DNA from: Hormiphora californensis | Lineage: Eukaryota; Animalia; Ctenophora | Assembly (NCBI GenBank): GCA_020137815.1 | Contig: CM035350.1 | Location: forward strand, 7,378,001 to 7,442,000 | Length of the DNA stretch: 64,000 nucleotides | Direction: 5' to 3' | Shown: positions 24,001 through 37,206 of the stretch, one piece after another | Layout of the letters: each line of letters begins with the position of its first letter | Numbering within the stretch: position 1 is the stretch's first letter | The notes under the pieces: model-generated | Database searches by the model: none | What the model was told of the DNA's origin: nothing | Seen by the model: only the letters and a program-made list of their open reading frames with translations | Translations under genes and position numbers: made by a program

Positions 24001-26986
24001 TTCTCAGAAGACATTCTTTTAGTTTTAAAAAGACTGCCGACTGTTATTTTCCCACCCCACCCCAAATACCTTCCACCAAGTCTTCCTTAGAACAAAATTC
24101 ATACTCCCTCCAGACCTCTCCTGAGGACCAGATTAGGGCCTCATCCAATACTAACCCGGCCCAACTCCCACTCTCCAATACTAACCCCAACTCCCACTCT
24201 CTAATACTAACCCCAACTCCCACTCTCTAATACTAACTCCAACTCCAACTCTCTAATACTAACCCCAACTCCCACTCTCTAATACTAACCCAGCCCAACT
24301 CCCACTCTCTAATACTAACCCCAACTCCCACTCTCTAATACTAACCCCAACTTCCCTACAGGACCCAGAGCACGTGGTGGTGTGTCACTGTAAGGGAGGA
24401 AAGGGACGTACAGGGGTCGCCATCGCCGCCTACATCCAATTCAGTAACGCTCACCTCACCGCTGAGGAAGCCCTTGCTAAGTTTGCAGATAGGAGATTCT
24501 ATGATGAGATCACGGGGGGTGTCACACAACCCTCGCAACGCAGGATCGTTCACTACTTCAGTTCCCTTGTCAGTAATGACATTCAGCTGGAAAACAGGCA
24601 ACTGACAATGACAACTCTTATATTGTTCGGGTGTCCCCTGATGGACACTAGGGGAGCCAAGTTGTGCTTCTGTATTTACGAGGGCTTCAGGCTGGTGCAC
24701 ACTACCAAAGTATACGAGGTGGTTCCTAATAGGGAGCACCTGTACATCAGTCTAAATAGTGATGTCAGAGTTTCGAGTGACGTCATGATAAAGGCATTCC
24801 ACATCACAAAAACAGGGAAGACGTGCGTGCTGAGAGTGCAGTTCCACACTGCTTTTGTGCTCAGGGATTATAGTATGGTGTTTAGGAAGAAAGATATGGA
24901 TATTGCCTGTAGGGATGACAAGTTTCCTGCTGACGGGGTATTACAGGTCCTCTTTAAGAGATTTGATAGTGTTGTAACGGACACAACAGATAGTGCTGCC
25001 CACCAATCACTACTAAATGATCAGCAGTGTGAAGCACACGAGGACTTGTCCAACCAGGTCTCCCTGATGAGTTTCGATTACGCTGATTTTAGCTCCTTCT
25101 TTACTGATAACCCACTGAGTGAGATAAAGCAGAGTGAGGTACTGGACCAGGTGCTGATGATGCATGATGATTACAGGCTGATCTCACCCCTCATCCCCTT
25201 CACTGATGATCCTGTTGTAGCTGCCCTCCCGCCTCCCCTGCCCCCTAAATCCAACACCACCCGTCGCTCTGATGTCCCACCAAAACCAGAGAAACCAGTT
25301 AATAGAGTCCCACCCCGACCATCTCTACCAGTTCGAGCCACTACATCTCAACCCACTAAACCGACCCAGCCCGTAGGTACCCTAGTCCGGGGAGACAACC
25401 AACCTACCCTAGTCCGCGGTGACAGCCAACCCAACAGTTTCACCAGCTACCTAGTTGCCGATAAAGATGACGCGGAATACTTGTCATTTGAAATAGCAAC
25501 ACCCGTCTCCACCCTGGTTCAAAAGTTTGAAACGGAGCACCGGACATTTAGTGACTGGGTAAAGTTTGATAAGGATGATGATGATGATGATGTAGTTCTG
25601 ATCGATCTCTCCTCTCCTGAGCCACCCGTCCAGAAGATAAATCTGGAGACCCGGAACTCAGCCCCTATCTCATACAACCATCATAACCACCCTATCAGTC
25701 CCCTCGTGACACCAGGTGAGGGTACAATAGTTAGGAAGGCTCGATCTATGGAGCAGATTGAAGGTGAATCCTCCTCTGGAGGCTCATCTTGTTCCGATAA
25801 AAGGAGTTCATATATCCCTTACCTAGAGAGGAGGGAGCCTGTTAAGAAGGATGAAGCTGGGAAGAAGACCTATGTGCCGTATAAGATCCGGACTGATAGT
25901 CTTGGGGGAGGGTCCTGTTCCAGTCCGGAGGGGTCCACATTCCTGTCACCACCACCCCTGCCACCCCGGGGCGACAAGATAGCTCCTGGACCTAGTTCTG
26001 GGGTTAGTAACGAAACATACTGTGCTGAGAACACCGCCACATCCACACCACGACTCTCTAAAAGTATGGATAACTTGAGTCACAGGGTGTCCGTCCAGGC
26101 ATGTGATCCTCTGTTGGCATTAGGGAACCTCTCACACGATGGCTGGGAAACACTCAATCTGAGAAGGACGATAATGACAACTAAAGATATCTGGTTTAGA
26201 CCCACCATTAGTAGGCAGGAATCCCAGGCTACACTAGTTACACAGTGTGCCGGTTCATTCATAATCAGAAAGAGTCAGACCCAGACAGATTCGTATGGGT
26301 TAACAATACGTCTAGAGGATGGAAAGCGGCACGAGGAGTTTAACTTACACCCTGGCTCACACAAAGTCAGTAATTTCCTGATACAAAGGAAAGATAAAGG
26401 TGCTGGGAACTTCTTTATTAATGGGTATGGAAGTGTGGATTTTGTTAGTCTGGAGGAGCTGGTAGAATATTTCACCAAGCACACTAACGGTCTGCCTCAC
26501 CCCCTGCGGGTTCCTCTTCAGCCATATTCAGATAGGATAGATCATGTGGTACCCATGCTCCTTCGAAACGTTTCCTTCCCAGTGTTCATCCTCGAGAAGC
26601 GAGTTATCCGATACCTGCCACTCAACACACTAGATGAAGACAACGTGAAGGGGTTATTGAGCGAGACTCTCTCGCAGATCGATCAGCAGGAGGTTCGATT
26701 AATTTCAATGAGTGTCACAAAACACGGGGTTTCTTTAACAGATCCTGACTGTTTACTGTTTGATGTCTACAATATCCCGTACAAGGAGATCAAGAATTGT
26801 GAGGTGGGCAGCCGGGAACAGACTGTAACTCTCCCTGAATCGTACAGAGGGGCAACAGTTGGGACATTTGGGCTTATACACAGGGATGGAAATGGGGAGA
26901 TCATCTATGTTGCACTTGCAGAATATGAAGATAAGGGTGTGACAATAACTAAAACAATCAACAAATTCCGATCATATCTTGTTTAG
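6871..26986 (+). CDS. TNS: Tensin-like protein (C2H2-like finger, C1, PTEN-type phosphatase, C2, Pro-rich linker, SH2, PTB)
   Basis: Hand-assembled, phase-consistent GT/AG exons: 6871-7047, 9703-9803, 14479-14575, 19711-19814, 22130-22301, 23595-23684, 24362-26986. C1 reads HDFAAQALKCPSKCFFCEQIIWEVAFWCSGCKARCHRRCSERVTTKC. The phosphatase has DLDLSYISPRIIAMSFPA, WPDHHAP and HCKGGKGRTG. SH2 has WFRPTISR..GSFIIRKS, followed by a C-terminal PTB-like region. The first exon is the least certain. Confidence 0.88.
8210..9622. mobile_element. Non-autonomous DNA transposon (TA-flanked, Tc1/mariner-pogo-like) with an internal minisatellite
   Basis: TIR gggtaggagggggtaattcgggtca / tgacccgaattacccccgcctaccc, many subterminal taattcgggtca copies in mirrored orientation, and TA on both sides. 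Confidence 0.8.
8616..9252. repeat. 10-11 bp minisatellite (ggggcctcta)n with local inversions
   Basis: Direct reading. Inverted copies (tagaggcccc) occur near 9175 and 9230. Confidence 0.95.
10708..10756. mobile_element. 49-bp palindromic mini-element (TTGG..CCAA), copy 1
   Basis: ttggtgacatagacacctg...caggtgtctatgtcaccaa, with imperfect 9-bp flanks aggccccat/cagccccat. Second copy at 51890. Confidence 0.75.
11800..14474 (+). repeat. 33-bp CTAAC-rich satellite (~80 units) abutting the acceptor of tensin exon 3
   Basis: Unit ttctaacttgttaaccaccctctaaccaccctc, period 33. The last unit runs into ctctgtAG at 14478. Confidence 0.95.
14742..19640. mobile_element. Foldback-type element: ~4.9-kb inverted repeat with CAGGGTG termini and internal 32-bp tandem arrays
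   Basis: cagggtgtgaactgcatgtcgtg at 14742 mirrors cacgacatgcagttcacaccctg ending at 19640, in TA-rich flanks. About 550 bp of complex outer arm is followed by 32-bp ctacctcccatttactccatctctcagcttcc arrays that flip orientation at ~16786-16790. Confidence 0.9.
23410..23528. mobile_element. ~118-bp hairpin MITE
   Basis: agtgggtttatttttcatatcctgaatcac...actcccctccct is mirrored by agggaggggagt...gtgattcaggatatgaaaaatagacccact. Confidence 0.7.
24146..24352 (+). repeat. 26-bp tandem repeat containing TACTAAC (8 copies), directly upstream of the tensin last-exon acceptor
   Basis: Unit ctctaatactaaccccaactcccact; acceptor ctacAG at 24360-24361. Confidence 0.95.
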
Positions 26987-27907
26987 TTTTTTATTGTTAA
27001 CGCGTGTGTTAGTATCATTATCATTATTATCATTGTCTGTTTGTAAGTGAGTGATCATTATTATTATACTGCAGGCCCCGCATGTCATGGCTCCCACTCG
27101 CCTAGTGATTTATTCGATTTAATCCGATCTGTAAATCTGTGTATACACTTCTCTCTCTCATTTTCAATTGATTTTATCAACCACCCAAACCAAACTTGTT
27201 ATTTCTGTGAGCAAATGGCGGTGTGGGGAAAACCGGAACTAGAAAATCGAATCTAAAATGTGGGAAACTTCACGAGCTTCAATTGAAATATCTTAGTGCC
27301 TTGAGTATATGGAAATTATTTCCTGACATTGCATCAGAGTGTGGATAGTCCGTTACACGCTCATTACATTGAACGTCATTTGCCGTCTTTTTCAGTGACC
27401 CAATGTGATCCCTTATACGTGTTTGTAGGGCGCTATGCCACAGCCAGCAGAACTGTGCGCAAAACGCGCGCGTGGGAATCTTGTGCGCGCAATATGCTAC
27501 CTGATCCAAGACGCTCTCGGCCCCGACTGTGTAAACAAACAAACACACACACACCAACCGCTTTATAACCAACAGTTGCCAAACACTGTCACTGTGTACG
27601 AAACACATTTCGTGCTCTTAAACCTACCCATATTTGAATATCTTTCTGCCAACCGTGAACCGTGTCCTGTGAATTCCATGATAATCAGACCAATGTCAAA
27701 ATAAAATAGGATCACCCCAAAGATCCAACTGTCACACACTCAAAACAATAAAAACTCAGTAATTTGTCTACGATAAAATCCAATATAACACTACACGGAC
27801 ACATGAACTGCAGCTAGCATCGTGTACTAATAACAGCTACATCTTGTAAATAATTAGCCTAATTAGACATTAATTACCTAATCACATGACAAAGCTGCTG
27901 TATATCG

Positions 27908-28203
27908 TTAGGGGAAACTCTAACTGAATGGCATCCCATTAATGGGATCCCATCAACAGTAAAACTCTAATTGATAATGAACCACAGTGATGGTTCTTTC
28001 TCTGTATTCTCTCTGTAGGCAGTACATCTATGTACTGCCTACAGAGAGAATACAGAGAAAGAACTATAGGGCATGCCCGGGCACGGCCGTGCACACAGAG
28101 AGAATACAGAGAAAGAACCATCACTGTGGTCCATTATCAGTTAGAGTTTTACTGTTGATGGGATCCCATTAATGTGATGCCATTCAGTTAGAGTTTTCCC
28201 TAA
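27908..28203. mobile_element. ~295-bp palindromic MITE with a nested hairpin
   Basis: Arms 27908-28016 and 28095-28203 are near-perfect reverse complements, with an inner hairpin at ~27993-28064. The flanks are TA. Confidence 0.8.
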
Positions 28204-28380
28204 TATATATAGTCAAATATATAATCCACAAAAAAAAGCTTTTCCGTCATTCGTTTCCGTTCGTCTCTGGCTGTCTCTCTACTAGTCTTGGTATCACAAA
28301 AAGTGCAAAAATATATCGGGGTAATGGGGTATTTCAAATAAAACAGTCATTTCTCTGTCTCATCATGCAGTTCACTCTCT

Positions 28381-31122
28381 CTATCGTATAGAGTTCGTTA
28401 TTGACCCTGCTGTTTTCGACCAGTCCAACTGAGATGCTTGTAACTGAGACGTCGTAACATTCTGAATCTGGGAGAGAAGGAAGGGAGTTAGGGATCTAGT
28501 GATTCACTTATTTGGGCCATCTACACACACATCTATTATCACAGTATTGTCACAGACTGTCCCTAAATACTATTACTAATCTAGCTGAACACCTACACTA
28601 TTTAAGTGCCAACTAGAAAAGGACCCTGTGATGAATTGCCTAGCTAGACTCTGTTTCGGTTAGAACATAACAAGTGATGAAGGCATACCTGGGGTATCAT
28701 AGCGTGAGACATTGGGTGAGAGAGGGTCTGATGGATGTGGCTGAAGGATGAAGTTGGAGAGGAATCACACGTACTGCTAACCTGAAATAGAGAAGCACAT
28801 TAGATGGGGGTAGAGGGAGAGGGGCAATGGGGAGGGCGGGTTAGAAGGAGAATAGCAATGGGAGGTAGAGGGAGGGGGCAATGGGGAGGGCGGGTTAGAA
28901 GGAGAATAGCAATTGGGAGTGGGGGATAGGAACAGTTGGGGGGGGGTAGAGGGAGGGGGGCAATGGAGAGGGCGGGTTAGAGGGAGAGGGGCAATGGGGG
29001 GGGGGGGGTAGAGAGAGTTGGGAGGTTAGAAGGCTGTATGGCGGCGCTCAGATGGGGTCGCGGCGCCACACAGTTAGAAGGAGGGTTGGGAGGTTAAATC
29101 AAAGATACAAAGATACAGGGATGAGGGAGATGTTTCTAACTAAATACGTTACCTCAACATCCTCAGTTTTCCAGGCCTGACCCAGGGCCATGTTAAGGTC
29201 AGCTTTGGGCCACGCAGTCATATGGAGACTGCTGGGATCCTTCCAGCCTGACAGGGGGCTACTGGATTTCCACGAACTGTGAATTGAGGTACCTGGAAAT
29301 TAGAGTAAAACTTGAGTAATTAATTGGACATTTAAAAATCATGCACATCACAAAACATATTTTCGAAGCCAAAATGTGAAATCGGTATATAATTTTGGTA
29401 TGTTATTCTAGTAGGAAGATACTAAAAATAAAATGCTAAAATAATAAGTAGTTCTCACCTTGTTTAGGGGCGGTGTGGGTTTTCATGTGCTTATGAAGGG
29501 ATGATGCATGCACAAAGCTCTTTTCGCATTTAGTGCATTTAAATTGCTTCACCCCCGTATGCGTCGGGATATGAGCTGTCAGGTTAGAGTGGACAGAAAA
29601 CGCTTTCCCTGAAAGGGGGGAGGGGGTATTGTCAAAAGCATGTCTGGTATAGACTAGACACCAATCAGACAACATCGAGAGGGAATTGATTCCTCTCCAT
29701 TTGATATATTTCATAAGAATTGGAAATCGACCGCCCACAAAGATTTGACATATCCATATTCATTATTCCCCCTTTTTACGTAGTAAAGTGGAGACAACAA
29801 ACAGTTGGATTGTGCAAGATCAACTTACCACAAAAACCACATTTGAATGGCCGTTCCCCGGTATGAGTTCGGGTATGCCTGATCATATTACTATGATGTG
29901 CGAATGCCTTTCCGCAGTGATTACATTTGAATGGTTTGTCTCCCGTGTGTGTTCTCATATGTTCCTTGAGTGTCCAAGGAGTTGAAAACTTCTTCGAGCA
30001 TAGCTCACACCTGGAGATGACATTAAACTATCAAAAGGGGGAATTGATTTGCTGTCAAAAGGGAGCCCCGGTAGTGAAACTAATAATGACTCGGACACCA
30101 ACTATAATACCAGCTCCTGCGTCACAAAAATATGCCCAAGAAAGAAACTCAAGCTATACATCACTTTCAAGCATTCTTGTTCCCACTAACAGACAGCAGT
30201 ACCGAAACTTTAATTGTAAAATACTCACTGGATACGACGGTGGTTTTTAGGGACCATGTGCTGACGAGCATGTGCAGTTAGCTGGGTGCAGTGTGTAAAG
30301 CTCTTATCACATTGATCACACCTCAGATTCTTATCAGTTGTGGGTGTGGGGGTAGCGGCGGCGGTGTGACTAGCCATGTGAGTTATCATCTCGCTGCTGG
30401 TAGCGAACACTTGGTTGCACTGGTAACACTGATAGAGGAGGGGTTATTAGGTACTGGCGGGAAGGGGGTGCGCTAACTATTTGGAGTAAATAGTACACCG
30501 CCAGTTGGACTAGAAGATTGAACAGCCGGAAACTAGCAGTAACATAGGGGCTGACAAATCAAATCAGATTAAATGTGAACTATATTTTAGAACTCTACAG
30601 ATTTGTGCGAATCACAACTGAATTTCAAGAAACAGGTTTTGTCGCAGGTAAAATCTTACCTTAAAACTGTGGTTGGGGTTAGACATGGTCGGTGAAGGGT
30701 TATTCGAGTGTTCTCTAATGTGCATTCGGAGAGATAAAGATAAAGCGAATATCTTTCCGCAGTGATCACACCTGATATGGGGAAATAAATTAGAAGATCC
30801 CCAGTACAGTCTATAATATCAGATACAGAATTACAGAATATCTCCCCCGGTAAAATTCCTGAATATTTTGATTCCTACAGTATCTCTTCTAAAGAGAGAG
30901 AGAGAGAGAATTCTTGAGATTCTTTCTCTGTGAACACCGCACTTCACCATAACTCACCCCCCCTAATTAATTAAGATACTCACCATAGCATATCGTTATT
31001 GGTAGATCCACCGGTTCCACAGTTCCCGCTCTGCAGGCTGCACTGATGCATTCGATGCCATATCAAACTATAGGGGTAGAAGAACGCTCTCTGACAGGTC
31101 TTGCAAACGTACGCTCCGTCAT
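28381..31122 (-). CDS. C2H2 zinc-finger transcription factor (~8 fingers); first exon unresolved (possibly near 31770-31840, beyond the gap)
   Basis: Spliced exons give [99 protein letters not shown], then a Ser/Thr/Gln-rich tail ending TNSIR* at 28381. Confidence 0.85.
29034..29073. mobile_element. 40-bp mini-insertion with an 8-bp TSD
   Basis: ctgtatggcg...cgccacacag is flanked on both sides by ttagaagg. A related copy at 33990-34047 has a gggacatg TSD. Confidence 0.6.
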
Positions 31123-31454
31123 CTGGAGAGATAAAATGGGTTAGGGGAGTGGAATTTTGTGGTTGGGGCCGGAAAACCGAATTGAATATTAGGCTATACT
31201 GAGAGAAATGGGAGACAATAGAGAGTATGGACTATATTTTAGAGACCCCCCGCCCCACTGTTAAGTTTTAGATAGGAAGCTGGCAGCAGCTTTACTAAGT
31301 AAACATTGTGTGACTAGTAAATTAGGTCGCCCCCTCTCTTCAGTCCTTCATGTAGTCCCCATCATGTTATATCATGTATAAAAAGTACACGAGTTCTATG
31401 CTGGACGCTGGTCCCGGTCGTAGAGAAATAGAGGGGGAGAGAGAGAGCGAGAGA

Positions 31455-31554
31455 NNNNNNNNNNNNNNNNNNNNNNNNNNNNNNNNNNNNNNNNNNNNNN
31501 NNNNNNNNNNNNNNNNNNNNNNNNNNNNNNNNNNNNNNNNNNNNNNNNNNNNNN
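31455..31554. other. Assembly gap (100 N)
   Basis: N run. Confidence 1.
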
Positions 31555-31966
31555 TTTTAAAATTACGAAAGGCACCCGGTCTGTGTCAGTACATTGTACT
31601 GACACCGACCATGTGACCGGTGAGAAAATATCTGTGACCTGATACTAGTGACCGGTGAGAACAGATCACGGTCACCCATGTATCAGTGATACTATCACTA
31701 CATATTGTACTAGTATAACTGAAGTCCACACAGTGCACACCGGGGGAGGAGTATAGAGCTTTACTCCTACCCCGGTGTGTATGGAGACAACTGGGAGGGG
31801 GGGGGGGGGGGGGAGACAACTGTGCAGGGAGGAGGTCATCTTAGCAGCTCGTTGGGGACGAATGTCTTGCTCACATGGTTACGGGTCACTACATCTCCCG
31901 CCGTGTGTCTCTTATAGCCGCAACTGTTAGTGTGCGTACGTTACTAATCCCTAGCCTGAGACACCG

Positions 31967-32128
<162 letters not shown>

Positions 32129-34650
32129 TGAAAGATATAGATGCTACCTAGGTGGGTCGATCATTAGTTCGCTTGGACTTAGAGCTGCTCCTGCTGTCCT
32201 CTCTCTCCCTCTCCTTCCCTCTCTCCCTCTCTCTTTTAATTTACTACCAGTTCCACTACTATCTAGGAAGTTTTGCATTCGTCTCTCTCGACTTCCCACA
32301 CTGCCCGGCTGCAGTAGCCATATTCCAAAGTTTTCTTGTTAATTTTGACCCACATTTAAATAAAAATTTTCATTTTGCAATCAAATAGTTCGCTGCAAAT
32401 ATATGCTCCATCCCCCAAAATGTGATAAAGTTGTGAACATGGCTGTACCAATAACCTTGCAAATGATGACAAACCTCGATTGGGGGATGATTAATGAGAT
32501 ATATTGGTCCGATTGGTGCGCTGTTGGTGGTACTGCAGTTATCAATTACACTTTATCAGATCGTTATCAGGCAGATTTAGGGGATAGCTATAAGAGAAAG
32601 GAAAACGTTACACAACAACAACTACTACTACTACAAGACATTCTCGAAGGGGTAGGAGGAGAGAGAGAGAGTGCGCGTGACCCGACAGTGCTACACACAG
32701 CACATTCAGCGCTGTTATAGGAGGGAGGAAGGGCTGGAAGAGGGGAGCTAAGGGGTTGCAATAGGGAACTGTAGGGCTGGGGTATGGGACTGTGGTATGG
32801 GGGTAACCCGGGTATGGGGCTTTATCGGACAATCACAGTACAACTTTTAGGAGGCTGCAGGGGTCAATGAAAGGGGCTAATTATCAATTTGTGCCCTAAA
32901 AAGAGAGCACTATTAGGACACTTTGATATCAAGTTTACAAGATTGACAAGAGTTCTACCAATCCTTAGTCTACTATTATCCCCACTGAGACCTCTTATTG
33001 TTGTACTTCCCAACTCCACGAAACAACAATCACCTCTTTCATTTCGGCCTAGATTAAGAGTTGCTAATACAATTTTGTAAAGAATATAGTGTTCTCCTGT
33101 TTACGCAATCCTTAGTATTTCGCGTATCCAACCCGTGACTAAGAGGAGCTGTTAGAATAGTTGTAATAGCACACCAGTCACATTTTGAGGGAGAGAGAGA
33201 GAGAGAGGAGGGAGAGAGAGTGAGAGAAAGAAGGAACGAGAGTTAAAGAGGAGAATGACGATCAATGAGATTCTAAGGGCACACATCTAATACGGGCCGC
33301 GTACAAAGCCTGTACACAAGCACGTGGTGTTGATGAATTTTATATTAGGTACCAAGACCAGGACACGGGACACAAAAACAGGGCATGAATAATAAAAGAC
33401 CAAAGAAAGAGAAGGAGGGCGTGTAGGGGTGTGTAAAAGAGAGAGAGAGGTATCCCTCTCTTTCTTTTTCCTATGCAGATCTGCACAAAGTATTTGACAA
33501 AAGATCACAAGCCCGTAAAGAATTATAGTAGGATGGCTAAATGGAACTGGTTGAACCCAACTCTTACCGTGGAGTGGTGGTCGAGGTGTGTATGTGACTG
33601 GGGTGTCCGGGGGTCCACCAGGTCAGGGCGAGAGAGAGAGAGGACTCTCATCTCTCTCATCCTCTCTCCACGCAGCCTACTCGGGGTTGTGACACGTGAC
33701 ACACGCTCACCCAGCAAGCCTCCCTCGTAATTGGATACCCACGCTCAGTGCGCCATCTGAACATATCACGTGACCTCCCTTGACACGTGATCTCCTCGCG
33801 CCACGTGATATAGATAGGGAGATGTGATTGGTGGAGAGAGTGGGAAGTTAAACCCTGAAGTAGTAGACGCTTGCTTGTGGGACAGACATAGCTTCGTCAT
33901 CATCGCTCTGTATTCCAGGCATGGCTTGCTATTTGGGAGGAAATAGGTGGGTGAGAGGATCTGTACGGTTAGAATGGGTTGGGGACATGCCGTCCCCGCC
34001 GCCAACCCCATCTGAGAATCAAATTGGGGTATGGCGCCGCCATACAGGGGACATGTGGTTAGAATGGGCAATTCATGGTGGGACTGGGAGGTAAGGGGGA
34101 GAGAGGGGCACGGGGACTGCCAAAAGTAAACAATAACATCACCATCCCTGTTTTTAGATTCCTGTGGTTACTATGCTATTCCTGGAATAGTGAGAGGTCG
34201 AAACTAGAAGTAGAGTATGGAATGTAGTAGATGAGAAATGGAATGAAAAACTGGAATCTTCAGCTACCATATGCATATCTGGCGGCGCCACCGTCTCCCT
34301 TGCACCTCGGGAAGTCAGCCACTGGCTCCCCGAGGTGCAAGGGAGGCCGTAATACCCCGTTTTGATGGTCCAAGTGCACTCAGATCGGGTCGGCGCCGCC
34401 AGAGACTGACAGGGCGCCACTGGCTGTCCCACCTGGTGTCGATGACTACGATTTTCTAACATAACAGTGACCCGACCGGCCGACCCCTTCTACTTCATTT
34501 GATGACGATAGTGCATGTTTAATTATTTAATAATTCGGCCAATCTTCTCTCTCACTTGCCTTATTAAAATTAACCGCAATTTAAATTCAGCATCTTATCA
34601 CTATAACAACGGGGCGGTGGATTGATCAAACACACCGAGAGAAGATAAAG

Positions 34651-34801
<151 letters not shown>

Positions 34802-36103
34802 GTGACACATTAATGACTAAACCAAATGTGTCTACTTAAAATTCATTGCAGGATTGCTGTTGTCAAGCTGCAGCAGTCCTATCTACATCCGATATCGCGA
34901 CAAAAACATTAGCTCTGTTACTCGAAATTTACCTACCTAAATTCTAAAAGTCATTATTTTCATGTTTTCCAAGTACATACTACTACATACGTGTAACCCC
35001 CTATAATAGTATGCAATACTTTGTAAAAAAGTCTAATACAAAACACTGAATCAGGGAAGAGCAGAGGTAGGCGGTGGAAGACTCGAAATGAAGATGATAA
35101 AACGAAATAGAGGACAGAGGTAGAGGCAAGGTACTGATCTGTATCTTGCACCAGTTGAGCGAGAGAGGAGGTAATTTAAAAGGACTAATATCATCTCTAC
35201 ATTGTATTAGACTGTCTGTGCCGCAGGTGATCTAGATCACTTGTTAATAAAATCCTAGCCACAGATCAAACAGCGATAGAGAGAGAGAGAGCTTGATGGA
35301 TGGGCCGATCTTAGTCGGCGCCGCAGGGTATCGATCTTTGTCCTATAGATGTGTTAGATAAATCCTTAGTGTTAATAACATGATCTGTTTTCAGCCACGT
35401 GGAGCGCGAGCAGTGGAGGACCTCCAATCAACATGCGAAGCAGAGGTTGTTCAGCGACCCGCGTTCTATGAATTTGACATGTTGCATCAGAGAGTGGATG
35501 TATCATCACGCTTAAAGGATAAGAGAGTGAGGGGCACCAGTGACCCTATGAAAGAGAGAGTCAAGATGTCAGAGATGGAGGAGGATAGGTCCACGAGAAG
35601 GGTTAGAGTCCATTCTTCCAGTGTCAACTCAATTACAGAGCTCAAGTCTCATGACATACTCATCGAGTTGACCCAGGTATCTACTGTTTGGATTTAAATT
35701 GCTGCACCCAACATTGGACATTAAAAATGATTAACACCACTTTCATTGATGCACATAGTACAGTATGCTATGAGCTGCTCCTGATCGGATTCGGAGTATG
35801 CAGGTCGCGGTGAGGGCAGATGACTCTTCACCACGTGACACCCTCCCACACACGTGACAGCAGATCAGGTGCCTTGAATTATCCATCTTCACCGTATCAA
35901 ATGTTGATATTACACATGCGGAGGTATGGCACCACCGTGGGGAGATGCGAGGCAGTGGAGGACCCTCCCTCGACATGCGAGTGCAGGAGTCTGTTCAGCG
36001 ACCCGGGCGTCTCTTACTGAATATATGACAAGCTGCACATGTGAGAGTGGGATGCTAGTCATCAGCTTAAAGGATAGAGAGAGTGAGGGAGCGAGAAAGA
36101 GAG

Positions 36104-36201
<98 letters not shown>

Positions 36202-36304
36202 TGATCACGGAGCATCTTTATCCGAAGGAAAAAATAGTTAACAACGAGCAGCTAATCCCTAGTCCCTCATTTAAAGTTTTATCTGTCTTTGTCTTAACTA
36301 TACA

Positions 36305-36417
<113 letters not shown>

Positions 36418-37008
36418 AGCGATCCAACTTGCTATGCCGTGAAACCCCTCGTATGGAGCCCCCTTCTTATTGTCATGACTACTACAACAAGTGAGGCACG
36501 GGGCTATTTTCTACATTACCTAACGACTTGTTTACCCCTCTCTTCTCTGTTTTGTATGAAGACAATTATAAGAGCGGTTAATTTTCTACCCAACAATAAC
36601 GCATACTCATCATAATTGGTGCAAGAAGGGGAGAGGAAGCCAGGACATTAGGCGTGAGGGGTGACAGAAAATAAGGGGGTAGTTTTCGATATACATAGCA
36701 TGATATTACGTGAAGTTGTAGATATATGTAGGGGTTAGGTAAGGACTCAATATTTTGGACTGGGTTAAAACACCCTCAAGTCATTTTATCTGGTTGTATA
36801 AAATCTGTTTGCACACACACCGGGATGATATATACATCACACTCTCAAAAAATGAACGCAAAATTCTCTGTAATTTATTCGAGGAGTGGTGAAATTTGTC
36901 GGGATAGCGGATAGAGGGGAGGGCAAGAGAGAATTGCATATGCCGCCGTTTGGTGCGAAACGTTTCCAATCATCACATACGGTTGCGAGACTAATGTTCA
37001 GTTTACTC

Positions 37009-37039
<31 letters not shown>

Positions 37040-37206
37040 AGCATGGAATCTTAACTGGGTGTCACCTCGACGTAAAATGGTATTTGTCGCAGTAAAATAT
37101 TTAAGCTAGGTATAACTACGACAGCAGTAGTATCTCTCAGAGTCACAAGTGCTCTAAAAAACCAATCACACTCAAATATTTCACATTTCTCGCTCCCATA
37201 TTAGCT

